Shown here: in pieces, positions 1 to 12,015 of the stretch
Position numbering within the stretch: position 1 is the first letter of the stretch
How the letters are laid out: each line of letters opens with the position of its first letter
Assembly: GCF_006345805.1 (NCBI RefSeq)
Contig: NC_042998.1
Span: 15,314,001 to 15,378,000 of the forward strand
DNA length: 64,000 nucleotides
Direction of reading: 5' to 3'
DNA from: Octopus sinensis
Taxonomy: Eukaryota
Translations under genes and position numbers: made by a program
The notes under the pieces: generated by a model
The model's input: the letters and a program-made list of their open reading frames with translations, nothing else
Database searches by the model: none
What the model was told of the DNA's origin: nothing

Positions 1-31
1 ATATATTTATTTAAACATGTGCATAAATATC

Positions 32-67
<36 letters not shown>

Positions 68-982
68 GATATATAGCTATAAGTATGATACAGTATCAAG
101 ATATATTTCACAAAGGAACTCATATCTTCAGGATTATTTAAAAAAGGATATGAAACATGAAACATCGAAAATGGGAAAAAATACGACGCGTCTATATAAC
201 AGAGTTTGCTTCTTTCTTTCCATGTATGTACATTTGTTTTATGGAAAAAAATATCTTTACAATGCGATCACGAAATTGCTACTTCAAATTCTAGTGTTGA
301 AATAAGCATTTAACTTATTCTGAAGAACATAAAAATACCGCTGTTATTCTGAATTGACAGAAAAGGTCAGCCATATGTAAATGATGGTGACAGAGGCCCG
401 TTCTAGCCATGCTCAAATATCATAAGTGTTTACGAGTAGTAATTTGAAGATTAGTGAACTAAATGTAGTAGTACTTACTTCACTATTGGTTTTAGGTGGA
501 TGGACCTGTGAGTAATTAATCACTGAGATATTTAATCATCTTGTTTTTTTCATATGCTAACTTTTCACACCTATTCGCGTATTGTACAACATTGTAACTA
601 TAATAAATGATTTTTATTTTCATTATTAGTCCAGGAAATAAGATGCATAGATCTAATAAACATCATATCACGTCTGGAGTTCTCTCCACATTTTTTGGTT
701 AAATAATCAAAATAATCTTAGTCTATGGACTAATATGCATACATACATACGTACAAACACTCGTGGGAGAACAGACACGCACGCACACACACACAAATAT
801 GAATATACGCACAAAAGCTCACTGGAAATTTTACGTACATTTCTATTCCTATTTAGAGTTACAATAGTATGTGGGTGAGGGAGGTAACAGAAACTGTGTA
901 CATAATACATATATATGTATGTGTATATTGATATATGTACATACACATGCATATATGTATATGTGTATATGTTAAATACGTA

Positions 983-1013
<31 letters not shown>

Positions 1014-1233
1014 TGATATTGATATTGATATATACATACATTTATATATATGCATTTATGTATATATATATAAACACACAGGGAGACACATAGCATCGAT
1101 CATCTTACGTTTACAGAAGCATGAATAAATTTCTTTGACATATACATAAACGCAAATACATACATACATTTGTTTGTACTCCACCTGCCTTCGTCTTTTG
1201 TTTATTTTTGTAAACTTTCCCGTCATATATATA

Positions 1234-1306
<73 letters not shown>

Positions 1307-1312
<6 letters not shown>

Positions 1313-1584
1313 TGGGCAAAATAATGGAAGCACCTTAACATTTCAACAACTTTATTTTGATACGGGGTAGAACCGTCTTTGGCAGCAATTATGGCTTGAA
1401 TTCTACGACGTATGGACTCGCACACAGTTTGAATTGTTTCCAAAGGTATTTCTGTCCATTCTTCAGCTAAAACATTCTCCAGTTCTTGTTATGATGATGG
1501 TGGAGGATATCGACTCCTTACTTGTTTTTCTAAAATGCACCATAAATGTTCAATAATATTAACATCTGGGGACTGTGGTGGCCC
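1307..1584 (-). mobile_element. Tc1-like DNA transposon, 3' end of transposase plus one ITR
   Basis: Minus strand reads WPPQSPDVNIIEHLW...LENVLAEEWTEIPLETIQTVCESIRRRIQAIIAAKDGSTPY*, a typical Tc1 C-terminus. ITR-like AGTGATTGGGCAAAATAATGG abuts (TA)n at 1307. Confidence 0.85.
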
Positions 1585-1590
1585 TATAAG

Positions 1591-1642
<52 letters not shown>

Positions 1643-2299
1643 CATACATATATCTTTGTCTTTGTCTTTCTCTATTTATTTATATATGTATACAGACGTA
1701 TGCACGTGCATACATACATCCGCATGTTTATATATGAAGAGTGAAATACCACAAAATTAAGTGAGAAAAGTTAGCATTTTATATATTGATCTCAAATTTG
1801 CTTGAAAGTGTATGGATCTAGAGAAAAGAAAGATGTTTATTGTTTGATGTCAGAGAGTAATGTATTTATGTGAAACGGTATAGTTTAAACAGCAGTTGAA
1901 ACGGGATTACGGGTGGCAATAACTAACCGATTGCTCTATTGCCTTCCCATTTGATGATATTAAATAACTTCGTGCAGTGTGTTTGGAATGAATGATATAA
2001 AGACAACAGCGAACTACTATGTTATTTTAGTACTCCAAATAAAAAATTTTAATAATTTGAAATTACACCTAATGTAAGAAAAATCATTCGCAATTTAAAA
2101 AAAAAACCCAAAAAACAAACAGTAGCATACCCCAACAGTTAATTCGATGAAGCCATACAGAAGTGATATAACGTATGATACAATACTAAAATCTGGGTCT
2201 AATCAGAATTATTAAGACCATTTTCATTCATTATATAATATTCCAAGTTTGAATAGTACTGAATGTTCATTTTCATTCTGTACCCAAACTTAACAGAAA

Positions 2300-3400
2300 T
2301 ATCTAACATGGCTGTTGGGTGAAGCTATTCTCTTCACAACGTCAATTTTGGTTTATTGCAGTTCTGGATTATAACAAGCCTGTCATAATCATCCCGTTTT
2401 CTGCGTGTCTCCGGAACACATCAATATGATTCGCGGTATATTTGGCTCTCATTATATTTGACAGGTTAAACGACACCGTAAGATTTTGTTGAAGCTAATT
2501 GTGAGGAGTCACAGGTTAATGTTTTCTATGTCAACTTGGTAATCATTCGCAAGTCTTGTCAATGAAATTGGGTACACGGAGATTATGTAAGATCCCGCTG
2601 GTTAGATCATACCCCATATGATTGATAAACGTTAGCTGTATCCCGCATTAACACCACCTCTTGCATCTGGGAACTTGCAAAACATTTCACAATAATGCAA
2701 ACATTTAGACCAGAGCACTGATCTGAATATGTCTAAGGACCTACGCCTGTAAAGTGTTGTTTCTTTCAGAGGAAAGTCAGTGGTGACCTCAGTCACTAGT
2801 TCTGCCTGACTCGAATTCCGAGGTTAGCTGGCTGTTACTGAAAGGCCTGTTGTTGACCATGACGCAAGCTGTCAGTCTCCACGCCATTGATGTTGACAAA
2901 GGGAAGCACAACTATGCAGCTTGGGACCAGAATCACCAAAAGACTTATCAGAATAAATTTGAAGATAATGTTGGTGTGCTCTAGAGACTCCCTTTCCTGA
3001 TCTGTAGTTGATTAAATCAACTCGATTAATATTGTTAATATTTTCTTCTTACTGGGAGAGGATCAAAGTAAAAGTTCAGTTGAGTGGGCCTTAAACGCAG
3101 ATTATAAAATGCCGTTACAAATACTACAATACGCTTTGTGAATCACGTCAATAATTTGACCATCAACCTCCCTATATTCCTTTAAATTGTTCTACTACAA
3201 TTGTTCTAGTAGAGTAGACGCAATGAGAGATGTTTTTACAATAATGTGTAGATTTATGAAATGCATTATTAACACAAATAACCGTTAAAGAGGATAAATG
3301 AGATATCCAATCCTCTTTAGTTCGGTTTCGTAGCGCATCTATAGCACTGCTAATATTATCATACACGGATTATCATATATTATGTAACCAAATTATGACG
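2300..3400 (-). mobile_element. Highly degenerate LINE (RTE-like) reverse transcriptase remnant
   Basis: Only weak, frameshifted RT-like spacing on the minus strand. More GC-rich than the flanks. Confidence 0.25.
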
Positions 3401-4143
3401 CAGCCTGCTTTATTAATATATGTTGCGGAAAGTAAGTGGTGGCCTCAGTCAATATTTCAGGACGCAATGTTCTGCCTGATTCGAATTCCGAGGTTAGCTG
3501 GCTGCCACTGAAAGTTGCTGTTATGCGCCTCTGTCCGGAGTTACGAAATCCCAGTTATGAGTAAACTGCCATTCTGATTGGGTGGAAAAAGGTTAGACTA
3601 TATAATAAATCCAGAGAGGATACAATTACGGAGTCTTGAGTTCGACACGAGAATTTTGTGGTAGCACTTGCAGCAAAACAGGTGTCAAACGAACTTTGCA
3701 CCGTGTGGACTACAATAGTGGTTTAATTAGGAAAGTCTGGGATATGAACACGGTAGGACCCGTGTATATTCATTCAGTTCAATCTTCTACCTCGGATAAG
3801 TGATATCTGCGCTACTGTGCAAAGAGAAGCAAACAGTTTTAGGAAGCGCTGCAGCTCAAATTTCGTCTGACTCGAGGAACAAAACTCCATTGGATAACGA
3901 GGCAAAGAGAGGAGAAAGATTATATATAATTTAGAAGAAACTTGAAATGCTTTGTAGCGTCTTGTTCAATTCAAACCCTGTACACTGATTCACCAACATA
4001 TATCGAACCATTGAAGAAACCCCTTTGTAGTTATTCGGCCATTTTAAAAGAACAACCAGATCGCCATCGCACTGAAATTATACATTAGCCCATTAAAAAT
4101 GAAAATATGCATCAGACGGGCCAATTGATATATTGCGCCAAAA

Positions 4144-4800
4144 TTAGTTACTTAGTTAGTTAATTTTTGGGCTCAAAAAGCAAAAAGCAAGGCCATGTAG
4201 GGGGACATGGAGTTATGTACAGGGTGGTGTTCATGTAAAGAGTTCAGGCCACTTGAGGTCAAGGGAGACTTTGAATCGAGCGGTCGTCGGCATCTTCACC
4301 ATCTTGTCTGGCAGCTTATTCCACGGATCCGCAACCCGGACAGAGAAAGCCCCTCTCCTTCGATTGAGATGAAATCGTCGCAGGTAGAGCTTTTCGGAAT
4401 GACCCCGCAGCCGACGCTCTGGAGCAGGAGTGAAGAACAACTCTTTCAAGAGGTTACACTTTCCGCTTATGATGTTGTGAGCAAGAATGAGATCACCACG
4501 GCGTCGTCGTTTTTCTAGAGAATAAAGGTCGAGCGTCTTCAGCCTTTCTTCATAAGACAAATTCTTGAGAACAAGAACCATGCGGGTAGCCAGCTTCTGG
4601 ACTCTTTCGAGATGCTGTATGTCTTTGAGGAGATAAGGGAGGCTTGCATCCCGTACTCCAATATGGGTCTCACCAGCTTGACATAGAGCGGTAGGAATAT
4701 GGCTGCTGTAGGTTTTGTTCATGAATAGAACTCGTTTCATCATAGCTTTGTTGGAACCTGTGGAACACCCAACAATGAATCGACCATCTTCGTCGATAAT
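4144..4800 (-). mobile_element. CR1-like LINE, 3' end
   Basis: PLYVKLVRPILEYG, DIQHLERVQKLATRMV..LSYEERLKTLDLYSLEKRRRRGDLI, RLRGHSEKL, FSVRVADPWNKLP are CR1 ORF2 C-terminal motifs. Short (AACT)n tail at 4144-4165. Confidence 0.92.
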
Positions 4801-5544
4801 GTAATGGTAGCTAAAATTGTTGGTTCATAGAAAAACACACATATTCATACATCCTGATTAAATATAGCAAAAAAAAATATTTTTTTCCCAATTTCTAAGA
4901 CATTCACTTCAAGGAAATAAGCGTCAAATAAAGATACCGTCTTTTGTGTAATCAAGTAGCAAATTTAGGCATTAACAGAAAAAAAAGAATCATCATATTT
5001 TTCATCTACTCAAACGAGTCATTATTCGTCAATCCAGTAGCTCTCTTCGAAATTGGAAATAAGCAAATCAGATGAAAACGTATATGGCACTAGAGGAGGA
5101 ATAGAGCTAAGCATATATTCTAATTATGAAGCTTAGCTTTCTTTGAAATATTAGTATCTAGAAAAGATATTTGCGTCATCCTTTCTTTTATTTGTTTTAG
5201 TTAGGATTTTTCTAGAAGAAAGTTTATGCTACGTATATTACATTTTAGATCATTTCTTTAGTCTAATACGGCAATATTTGTACCTGTCGTTTGCAGTTAA
5301 TTTCGATTCTTATATATTTTCTTTTTCATTTCTTTTGAAATTAAGCATTCAAATGTATAATTAGTAGACAAATTGCACCAATATAGGAAAGTTAAGCGGT
5401 TCAGTTCAATAACGCGTCTTACTGAGTAAGATCTCAAAGCGCAGAATCTCGAAAAATGCCTTCCGTTATAGATTCAGTATATTTCACTAATGTCTTATGA
5501 ATGAGCTCTGAGAGTGAAATTCGTGGAAGGAATTTATAGAGGCA

Positions 5545-6353
5545 GACTTGCGCAGAGAGGAGACTAAGCACAGAGAGGACAAAATTTATGTAGAGGGGAC
5601 CAGTCGATTAGATCGACCCTAGTACGCAACTGGTACTTAATTTATCAACCCCGATAGGATGAAAGGCAAAGTCGACCTCGGCGGAATTTGAACTCAGAAC
5701 GTAAAGACAGAAGAAATACCTGTTTCTTTACTACTCACGAGGGGCTAAACACAGAGAGGGCAAACAAGTACAGACACACGGATTAACTCGATTATATCGA
5801 CCCAGTGCGTAACTGGTACTTATTTAATCGACCCCGAAATGATGAAAGGCAAAGTCGACCTCGAAGGAATTTGAACTCAGAACGTAGCGGCAGACGAAAT
5901 ACGGCTACGCATTTCGCCCGGCGTGCTTACGTTTCGTATTTATTTATTGCCCAGAAAGAGATAAACATGGGGGGAACAAACAAGGACAGACAAAGGCACT
6001 AAGTCGATTACATCGATCCCAGTATGTAACTGGTACTTAATTTATCGACCTCAATAGGATAAAAGGCAAAGTCGATCTCGGCGGAATTTGAACTCAGAAC
6101 GTAACGGCAGACGGAATACCTATTTCTTTACTACCCACAAAGGGCTAAACACAGAGAGGACAAACAAGGACAGACAAAAGGATTAAGTCGATTATATCGA
6201 CCACAGTGCGTAACTGGTACTTATTTAATCGACCCCGAATAGATGAAAGGCAAAGTCGACCTCGGAGGAATTTGAACTCAGAACGTAGCGCCAGACGAAA
6301 TACCGCTAAGCATTTTTCCCGGAGTGCTAACTTTTCTGCCAGCTCGTCGCCTT
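5545..6353 (-). mobile_element. Tandem array of four SINE family A units (two dimers)
   Basis: Four repeats of GAAAGGCAAAGTCGACCTCGGCGGAATTTGAACTCAGAACGTA, with unit junctions near 5721, 5935 and 6120. Confidence 0.9.
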
Positions 6354-6384
6354 TCGCAGACATATATTTTAGATTATTTTATCC

Positions 6385-6485
6385 TTTTACCTGTTTCAGT
6401 AATTTAACTACAGCCATGCTGGAGCACCGCTCTGAAAGGTTTTAGTCGAACAATTCGATTCGAGGACTTACTTTTTGAAACCTTC
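6385..6485 (-). mobile_element. SINE family B, 3' fragment
   Basis: TGTTTCAGT..GCCATGCTGGAGCACCGC matches the family B tail seen at 48950 and 21660. Confidence 0.75.
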
Positions 6486-6559
6486 ATATGAAGTAAAAGC
6501 AGCTATACGCACAATAAATTCTCTCGAATACATACACTAATGTTTATGCTTTGTGTATT

Positions 6560-8200
6560 TTCCGGTGGCTGCAGTGGCTTAGCGGAGTATACAACTCTTA
6601 AGTCGCCGATGTTAAAAGTCCTTAAAGTCATGCACAGGCGAGATAACTGGCATTATAGCTCCTTTTGCTTCTGGATATCTATATTGCGGTATGTTAGGGT
6701 AAGCTGGCTGGTAAGAGATAGCTTGAGACTTCCTGCATTAAACCGCATACTATTTCCTTCTGCATATCTATGTATGGCATATAGATTTTACTGTAGACTA
6801 ACATCGAAAGTTTTCTTCACTCCTTGTACTACTGCCACGTCGGCATAAATAAGTGTGGTTATCCCTACAACTTATATCATCTCTGAAAGAGCTACTATAA
6901 ACAGGAGCGGTCCCATGACAGTTCCTTGAGGCACCCCACTCGCTATTAGTGTCTTCTTGGGAAAGACCCTTTTGCTGCTACAGCCTAGCTTCGGATTTTA
7001 AGAAGATGTAACCTCTCTCCTAGTTTTCCGACCACGAGGCTTGTGACATATCGTCACATGATGAACCTTGCCAAAAACCTTTGCAAAATTGAGATATATC
7101 ACATATATATTTGAGCAATTCATTAGTCGTTTCGGCACCAGTCATAATGCAGCAAAAGCTATACAAGGTAGCTTTCTCCTGAGCGAAAGCCATGCTACGT
7201 GTAATGAGCAGCTCATTATCTTCGAGGAATGAGATCAGCTTTTCCTGACAAAACGTCAGCTGCATCCTGACTTTGATGACATGTAATATTAGTGAGACAC
7301 AGGCCCTTAATTTGTAGCATCCGCTCTGCTAAATCCTTTGTGGATAGGACATATTATGTTTTCCTTTAACTTTGTGGGAAGTCTCCCGACTGCAATGTAG
7401 CTTTGAGAGGGGACCGTTAGTGGTATTGATTGATCCCCTCTGCCTTTCTTTTAGAGGATTCCTAGGAATTTATCATGACTTGCGGCTGTTCATCAATGGC
7501 TGACATTCTACCAGTTTCCTTTGATATAATCAATAATTGGCATAGCCACTTGAAAGTATCTCAACGGAGTTGTGGAAACAGTTTTGCGTTGCACATTCAG
7601 GATTTCACTTATCCTTTGGGGGTTCTACAAACGGTGATCCATTTTCGTCGAACAATGCCCCTCTCTCTCTTAGCCTCTCTCTCTTATTCTGTACAGAAGC
7701 AAACTCGTTTGCAAATCTTCAGAAGGCTTTATGGTTTTTCTCTACATTTTTTACAACGCTGGTTTCTTTTCATGCCCTCTCCTTTTCATGGGAATAAATG
7801 GGCTCACATTCAGCCTGAAGCAATGCTTGTTTGAGATAAGATTATATTGAAATATTTTGACATGAGTAAATCGTCCATTGAATTATAAGAAAATATGCTG
7901 ATCCATTACGAAGGTCTTTGATCTATGGTTCGTTTACGTGTTCTTGGTTCTTTTTGCAGGAGAAATACTAAGTTATCGAGTTGTTTCTTGGACAATATTT
8001 TCATAATGTTCATCACAAAGATCTTCAAAGTATTGACTAAGATAACTCTGGTTATTCTTCGCATACTTCATGTTGAACTGCATATACTTTAGAATATCAA
8101 ATAGTTTCTAAGTGTTTGACATTATAAGAACAATTTACGAAAATTACAAGCGAAATCATGAAAGTGAATTCATTCAGTTTTGCATATGGTTTGTTTCATT
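6560..8200 (-). mobile_element. Degenerate CR1/L2-like LINE RT domain
   Basis: Minus strand: KNHKAF..FAN linker, IICPIHKG, SGVPQGTVMGPLLFIVAL, IYADV (YADD position), SMRFNAG. Many stops and frameshifts. Confidence 0.8.
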
Positions 8201-9873
8201 ATTTGCTGGAAAATCTGAAATGTACTTCGCACCTTTCCATACAACTCTTATAGTTTTAAAACTTCTATCTCTCTAATACTAACCTGTGTTGCTTTGAAAC
8301 GGAATACCTGCATTAAAATATCTAAAGTCACATTTCTCTAAGTATACGGAGACGTAGATTTATTAAAGCTGTGTAAATGGGGAAAAAGAAAATGTAACAC
8401 CGTTAACTTTCTGAACAATTCTATCCAGAACTAAGTTAATTATATATGAATAACAATGAATGTAATCGTTGCGTTCAAACCCTTCTCCTTCAATACTGTC
8501 TGCTCAATATTATTACACCTGGCATCATACGGTTGGCTACTGTATTGAGTTTTAGAGTTTATGACATTTTCTCTCACATTTACATTTCTCAGTTCAGTGT
8601 TATCTTTGCTAAAACTTCATAAATTTATTTTGCATTCAGCTGCACAGCTGATGCTAATAGAGAGCTGGGTAAGCATTGCACAATCGGTAGTTTCGTCTAC
8701 TTGCACTGAAATAAATGGAAAAATGTTCAACGTTAGTTTGAATTTTCTTGGCTATTATACTATTATTTTTAGATATAATGTTTTCCTATTGATTTTGAAA
8801 CATTTGAAAAATACTTCGATTATTTTTGCTTGAGAAATTTTTTTGCAGAGACGCTATATATTTAAGCCAATCAATCCAACAAGCCTCTATAATTACTTTT
8901 GTTAAGATTATATTTTCTTTATCATATTCGCGCAATGGCGGTTCTTGTTTGCACACGTATAATATATTCACTACCTGCTTTAAATGGTCGCTATTTTCTG
9001 CAACCAGTTTGCTTTCCGTTCCTTTTCAAGATTTACATACTCACTTTTAACTGTTAATATGCTACACAGCAGGAAATGTTTTGAGGCATTTGAAAATGTT
9101 GGAGTATTTAAATGTCTCATACATTTAGAATGATGTTTCTTATCACCCAAAATATATTTATAATTAGTAAAACCATCATCCATAATTGGACTGTAAAAGT
9201 ACGCATAGGTAGGTATATAGTTATGCTTCTGAAACCAGCTAGTATTTTAATATTATCTGATATCACACGAACACGTGCTTACATTTCTTTTCAGCTGAGT
9301 AGGAAATCGTCTCGATTTGGTAATCTCTGGATTTTTAGTAGCAATCCCCAGTCTCCATGATGGTTAGATTTAAAATGGATTCCCGAAAGAATCGTCGTCA
9401 TAGGAAATTTCTATCTGTTGAATTGTCACTCCAACCTACTCTATCTGAAAATTCTCATCCCAGCCCGTCGTGAGTATAATTCGTATAATCAGGATAGCTT
9501 AAATAGATTCTTGTGTGTTATGCACATTTTGGAAGAGGTGGTGTTACCTGCATCAGCGGTGTTAATGTTATAGATAGTCATAGTGATAGTGTTAATGAAA
9601 TTGTTAGTTGAGTTGTGAAGGGAGGCTATCAATAACCGAACATTCTTGGCAACAATGATCTGTTGTCATCGCTAATCGTCTTACAATTCTGGCGAGGGAT
9701 TAAAGATGTGCGCAAGAGCCCAAACATAAATCAGTGCTTTAGAAATGTTTCACATACAGCATTGTATATAAACTGACGTCTTGCAGCTCAAACATTTTCG
9801 AGATACAAGAACGGATTTTATAAGCTACAGCTGGTCTCATTCATTTTTGCTTATATTTCATACAGTGAAATAT

Positions 9874-10096
9874 AAGGCGGCGAGCTGGTAGAAACGTTAG
9901 CACGCCGGGTGAAATTCGTAGCCGTATTTCGTCTGTCGTTGCGTTCCGAGTTCAAATTCCGCCGAGGTCGACTTTGCCTTTCATCCTTTCGGGGTCGATA
10001 AATTAAGTACAAGTTACACACTGGGGTCGATGTAATCGACTTAATCCCTTTGTCTGTCCCCTCTGTGTTTAGCCCCTTGTGGGTAGTAAAGAAATA
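9874..10096 (+). mobile_element. SINE family A, full monomer with 17-bp TSD
   Basis: Head AAGGCGGCGAGCTGG, B-box GAGTTCAAATTCC, tail GTAAAGAAATA. TATATTTCATACAGTGA occurs at 9852-9868 and 10097-10113. Confidence 0.95.
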
Positions 10097-10339
10097 TATA
10101 TTTCATACAGTGACGTATGGTAGTTGTTGTTTTGCATGTGCTTTCACACCCAATGTCACCAAATTTCAAACAGGGATATAACAAAAGTTTTCCATTAAGA
10201 TTTGTGATTAAATTAATGAGTAAGGTTAATATTTATAATGAATTTACCATTTCAGATGGGTGTGCAGCGCACATCTAGTGGACCCGGAATATACGACCCT
10301 GATTTCACTATCATGAAAAGCAAAATTCACAAACGTCAA

Positions 10340-10510
10340 CTTGTTATACGTTACTTGCATTTGACAGATATTTGTCCTCATTTTGTCTGCTGTCAACACA
10401 ACGTTTCGGTTGATGTACCCTCCAGCCTTCATCAGGTGTTTTGGGGAAATTTCGAAACTGGGTTCACGTTTCTAAGGTATTTTTCGTTGTTGTAATTATT
10501 ATTATTATTA

Positions 10511-10568
<58 letters not shown>

Positions 10569-10656
10569 CATTATTATTATTCAGGTCACTGCTTAGAATA
10601 GAACTGGGAATCTTGAGGATAGTAGCGCGGGCTCTTAACCTCTACATCATATGCCC
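10340..10656 (-). mobile_element. tRNA-headed SINE: head, (AAT)n spacer, hammerhead-containing body
   Basis: Minus strand: tRNA-like head with degenerate A/B boxes (10656-10583), (AAT)n (10580-10490), then a body containing a hammerhead motif. Confidence 0.65.
10395..10440 (-). ncRNA. Minimal type-I hammerhead ribozyme motif
   Basis: AACAC-CTGATGA-A-GGCTG-(10 nt loop)-CAACC-GAAA-CGTT-GTGTT: helix I AACAC/GTGTT, intact core, palindromic ACGT helix III, one mismatch in helix II. Confidence 0.75.
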
Positions 10657-10660
10657 ATAT

Positions 10661-10830
10661 AACAACATCGAAAAATACCTTAGGACTGAGAACCCAGATT
10701 CGAAATTTCTCCAAGACACCTGTTGAAGCCTGGAGGGTATATCAGCCGAAACGTTGTGTTAACAACAAACAAGATGAGGACAAATAGCCGTCAAATGTAA
10801 ATAACATAAATAATGAATAATTCCTTATCT
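10661..10830 (+). mobile_element. Inverted second copy of the hammerhead-containing body (mutated ribozyme at 10715-10760)
   Basis: Reverse-complement homolog of 10340-10490. Core reads CTGTTGA, helix II GCCTG/CAGCC, then GAAACGTTGTGTT. Confidence 0.75.
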
Positions 10831-11934
10831 CTTAAATATAGAACTGTCAAATTTTATGTTTTGAAATTGTAACAAAGCTATATTTTTTAAAGTATATTCT
10901 GTATGATTTTCAACAGTATTTTAAACAGTCATTAGCCCGATTCACTACATCGCTCTTTACCATGTCTTTTCAATTTCATGCCCTTCTTCTAGTTGTTTCA
11001 GTACGTGTCTGTTCTGCATTTAATATAGAAAATTCCGACAAGAAATACACTGTATGATGTTTAAATACTTTTAGAAGGAAGAATGTTGATTTGTTAAATA
11101 CGAAAAAAATTCATGAGAAAAGTGAGGTGCTTAAACGAATTCAGTCACATGTCATCTAGTTTTCTTCGTGAAATATTCCCAGTGTAATTTCATAAACATA
11201 TTTCGTCTCGTGATAAAATATGGAATTACACGAAATATTTTCGGAAAGAAAATTCTCACCTAGTAAATCAAACGAGTGAATGAACAAATCTATAAAACTG
11301 AATCTTTAACTTCCCTCAACCGAGCATAATTTTGTTTTATTGTTTTCCCATGTATCACTGATGGTTTTCTACTGCATAACGCAACAGGCTCTGTGTTGGC
11401 GATGTAGTTTAGAAGTTCACTTACGAGCTAAAAATTTCTGGTTCGTCCTTACGGTGTGGCACATTAATAAAAGAATATGTTTACCATAGCTTCCAGTCGA
11501 ATAAAGTGTGGAAACGATGTGCAAGTCTGAGTGTGGAAGTAAATTCCTGCTCTTGGGTGGTAGATATTTGCTCTTCCCTCGTTGAACTACTCCAACTGTT
11601 CGTCAATTGATATTAGTGAAGTTCAAGCAATCAGATATATTGCAGGCATTCAGAGCAGGTGTGTGAGCTGAGGATAAGATCATTCCTTAGTATTAGCTGC
11701 CATAGAGAGCCCCAAAGAGACATGAAGTCACTACATGATTAAAGACAAATATTAAAAGAATATTAAAGCAAGAAATAACATATCTCGTTTTTGGATTTAG
11801 TTTGCAATATTCTTTATATGAGTTCTTGTGTTGAAACATATTCTGTTGTGTCTGCTGAGGGTAATTTTCTTTCTGTGCCTTATAATGTGAAATTTCCACT
11901 TATTTCCTATTTTTATTTTCCTAAAATTGGACAG

Positions 11935-12015
11935 AGTCAAGACTATTGAAAAGGTTGGAAGACGCAACGAAAATGTTAGGAAAATGAAAATAAGAAGTAA
12001 GTGGCAATTTCCCCG
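11935..12015 (+). CDS. Candidate internal coding exon (81 nt, phase 2-2), (R)VKTIEKVGRRNENVRKMKIRSKWQFP(R)
   Basis: Polypyrimidine tract TTTCCTATTTTTATTTTCC..ACAG, donor CCG|GTGAGT (alternative AA|GTAAGT at 11996), open frame. Confidence 0.5.

Noticed and set aside
5805-6445. Recurrent ORF MRNWYLFNRPR..DERQSRPRRNLNS
   Set aside because: Antisense reading of SINE family A.
9200-9830. Possible APE endonuclease remnant on minus (AVCETFL)
   Set aside because: A single weak motif; other endonuclease motifs were not convincingly found.
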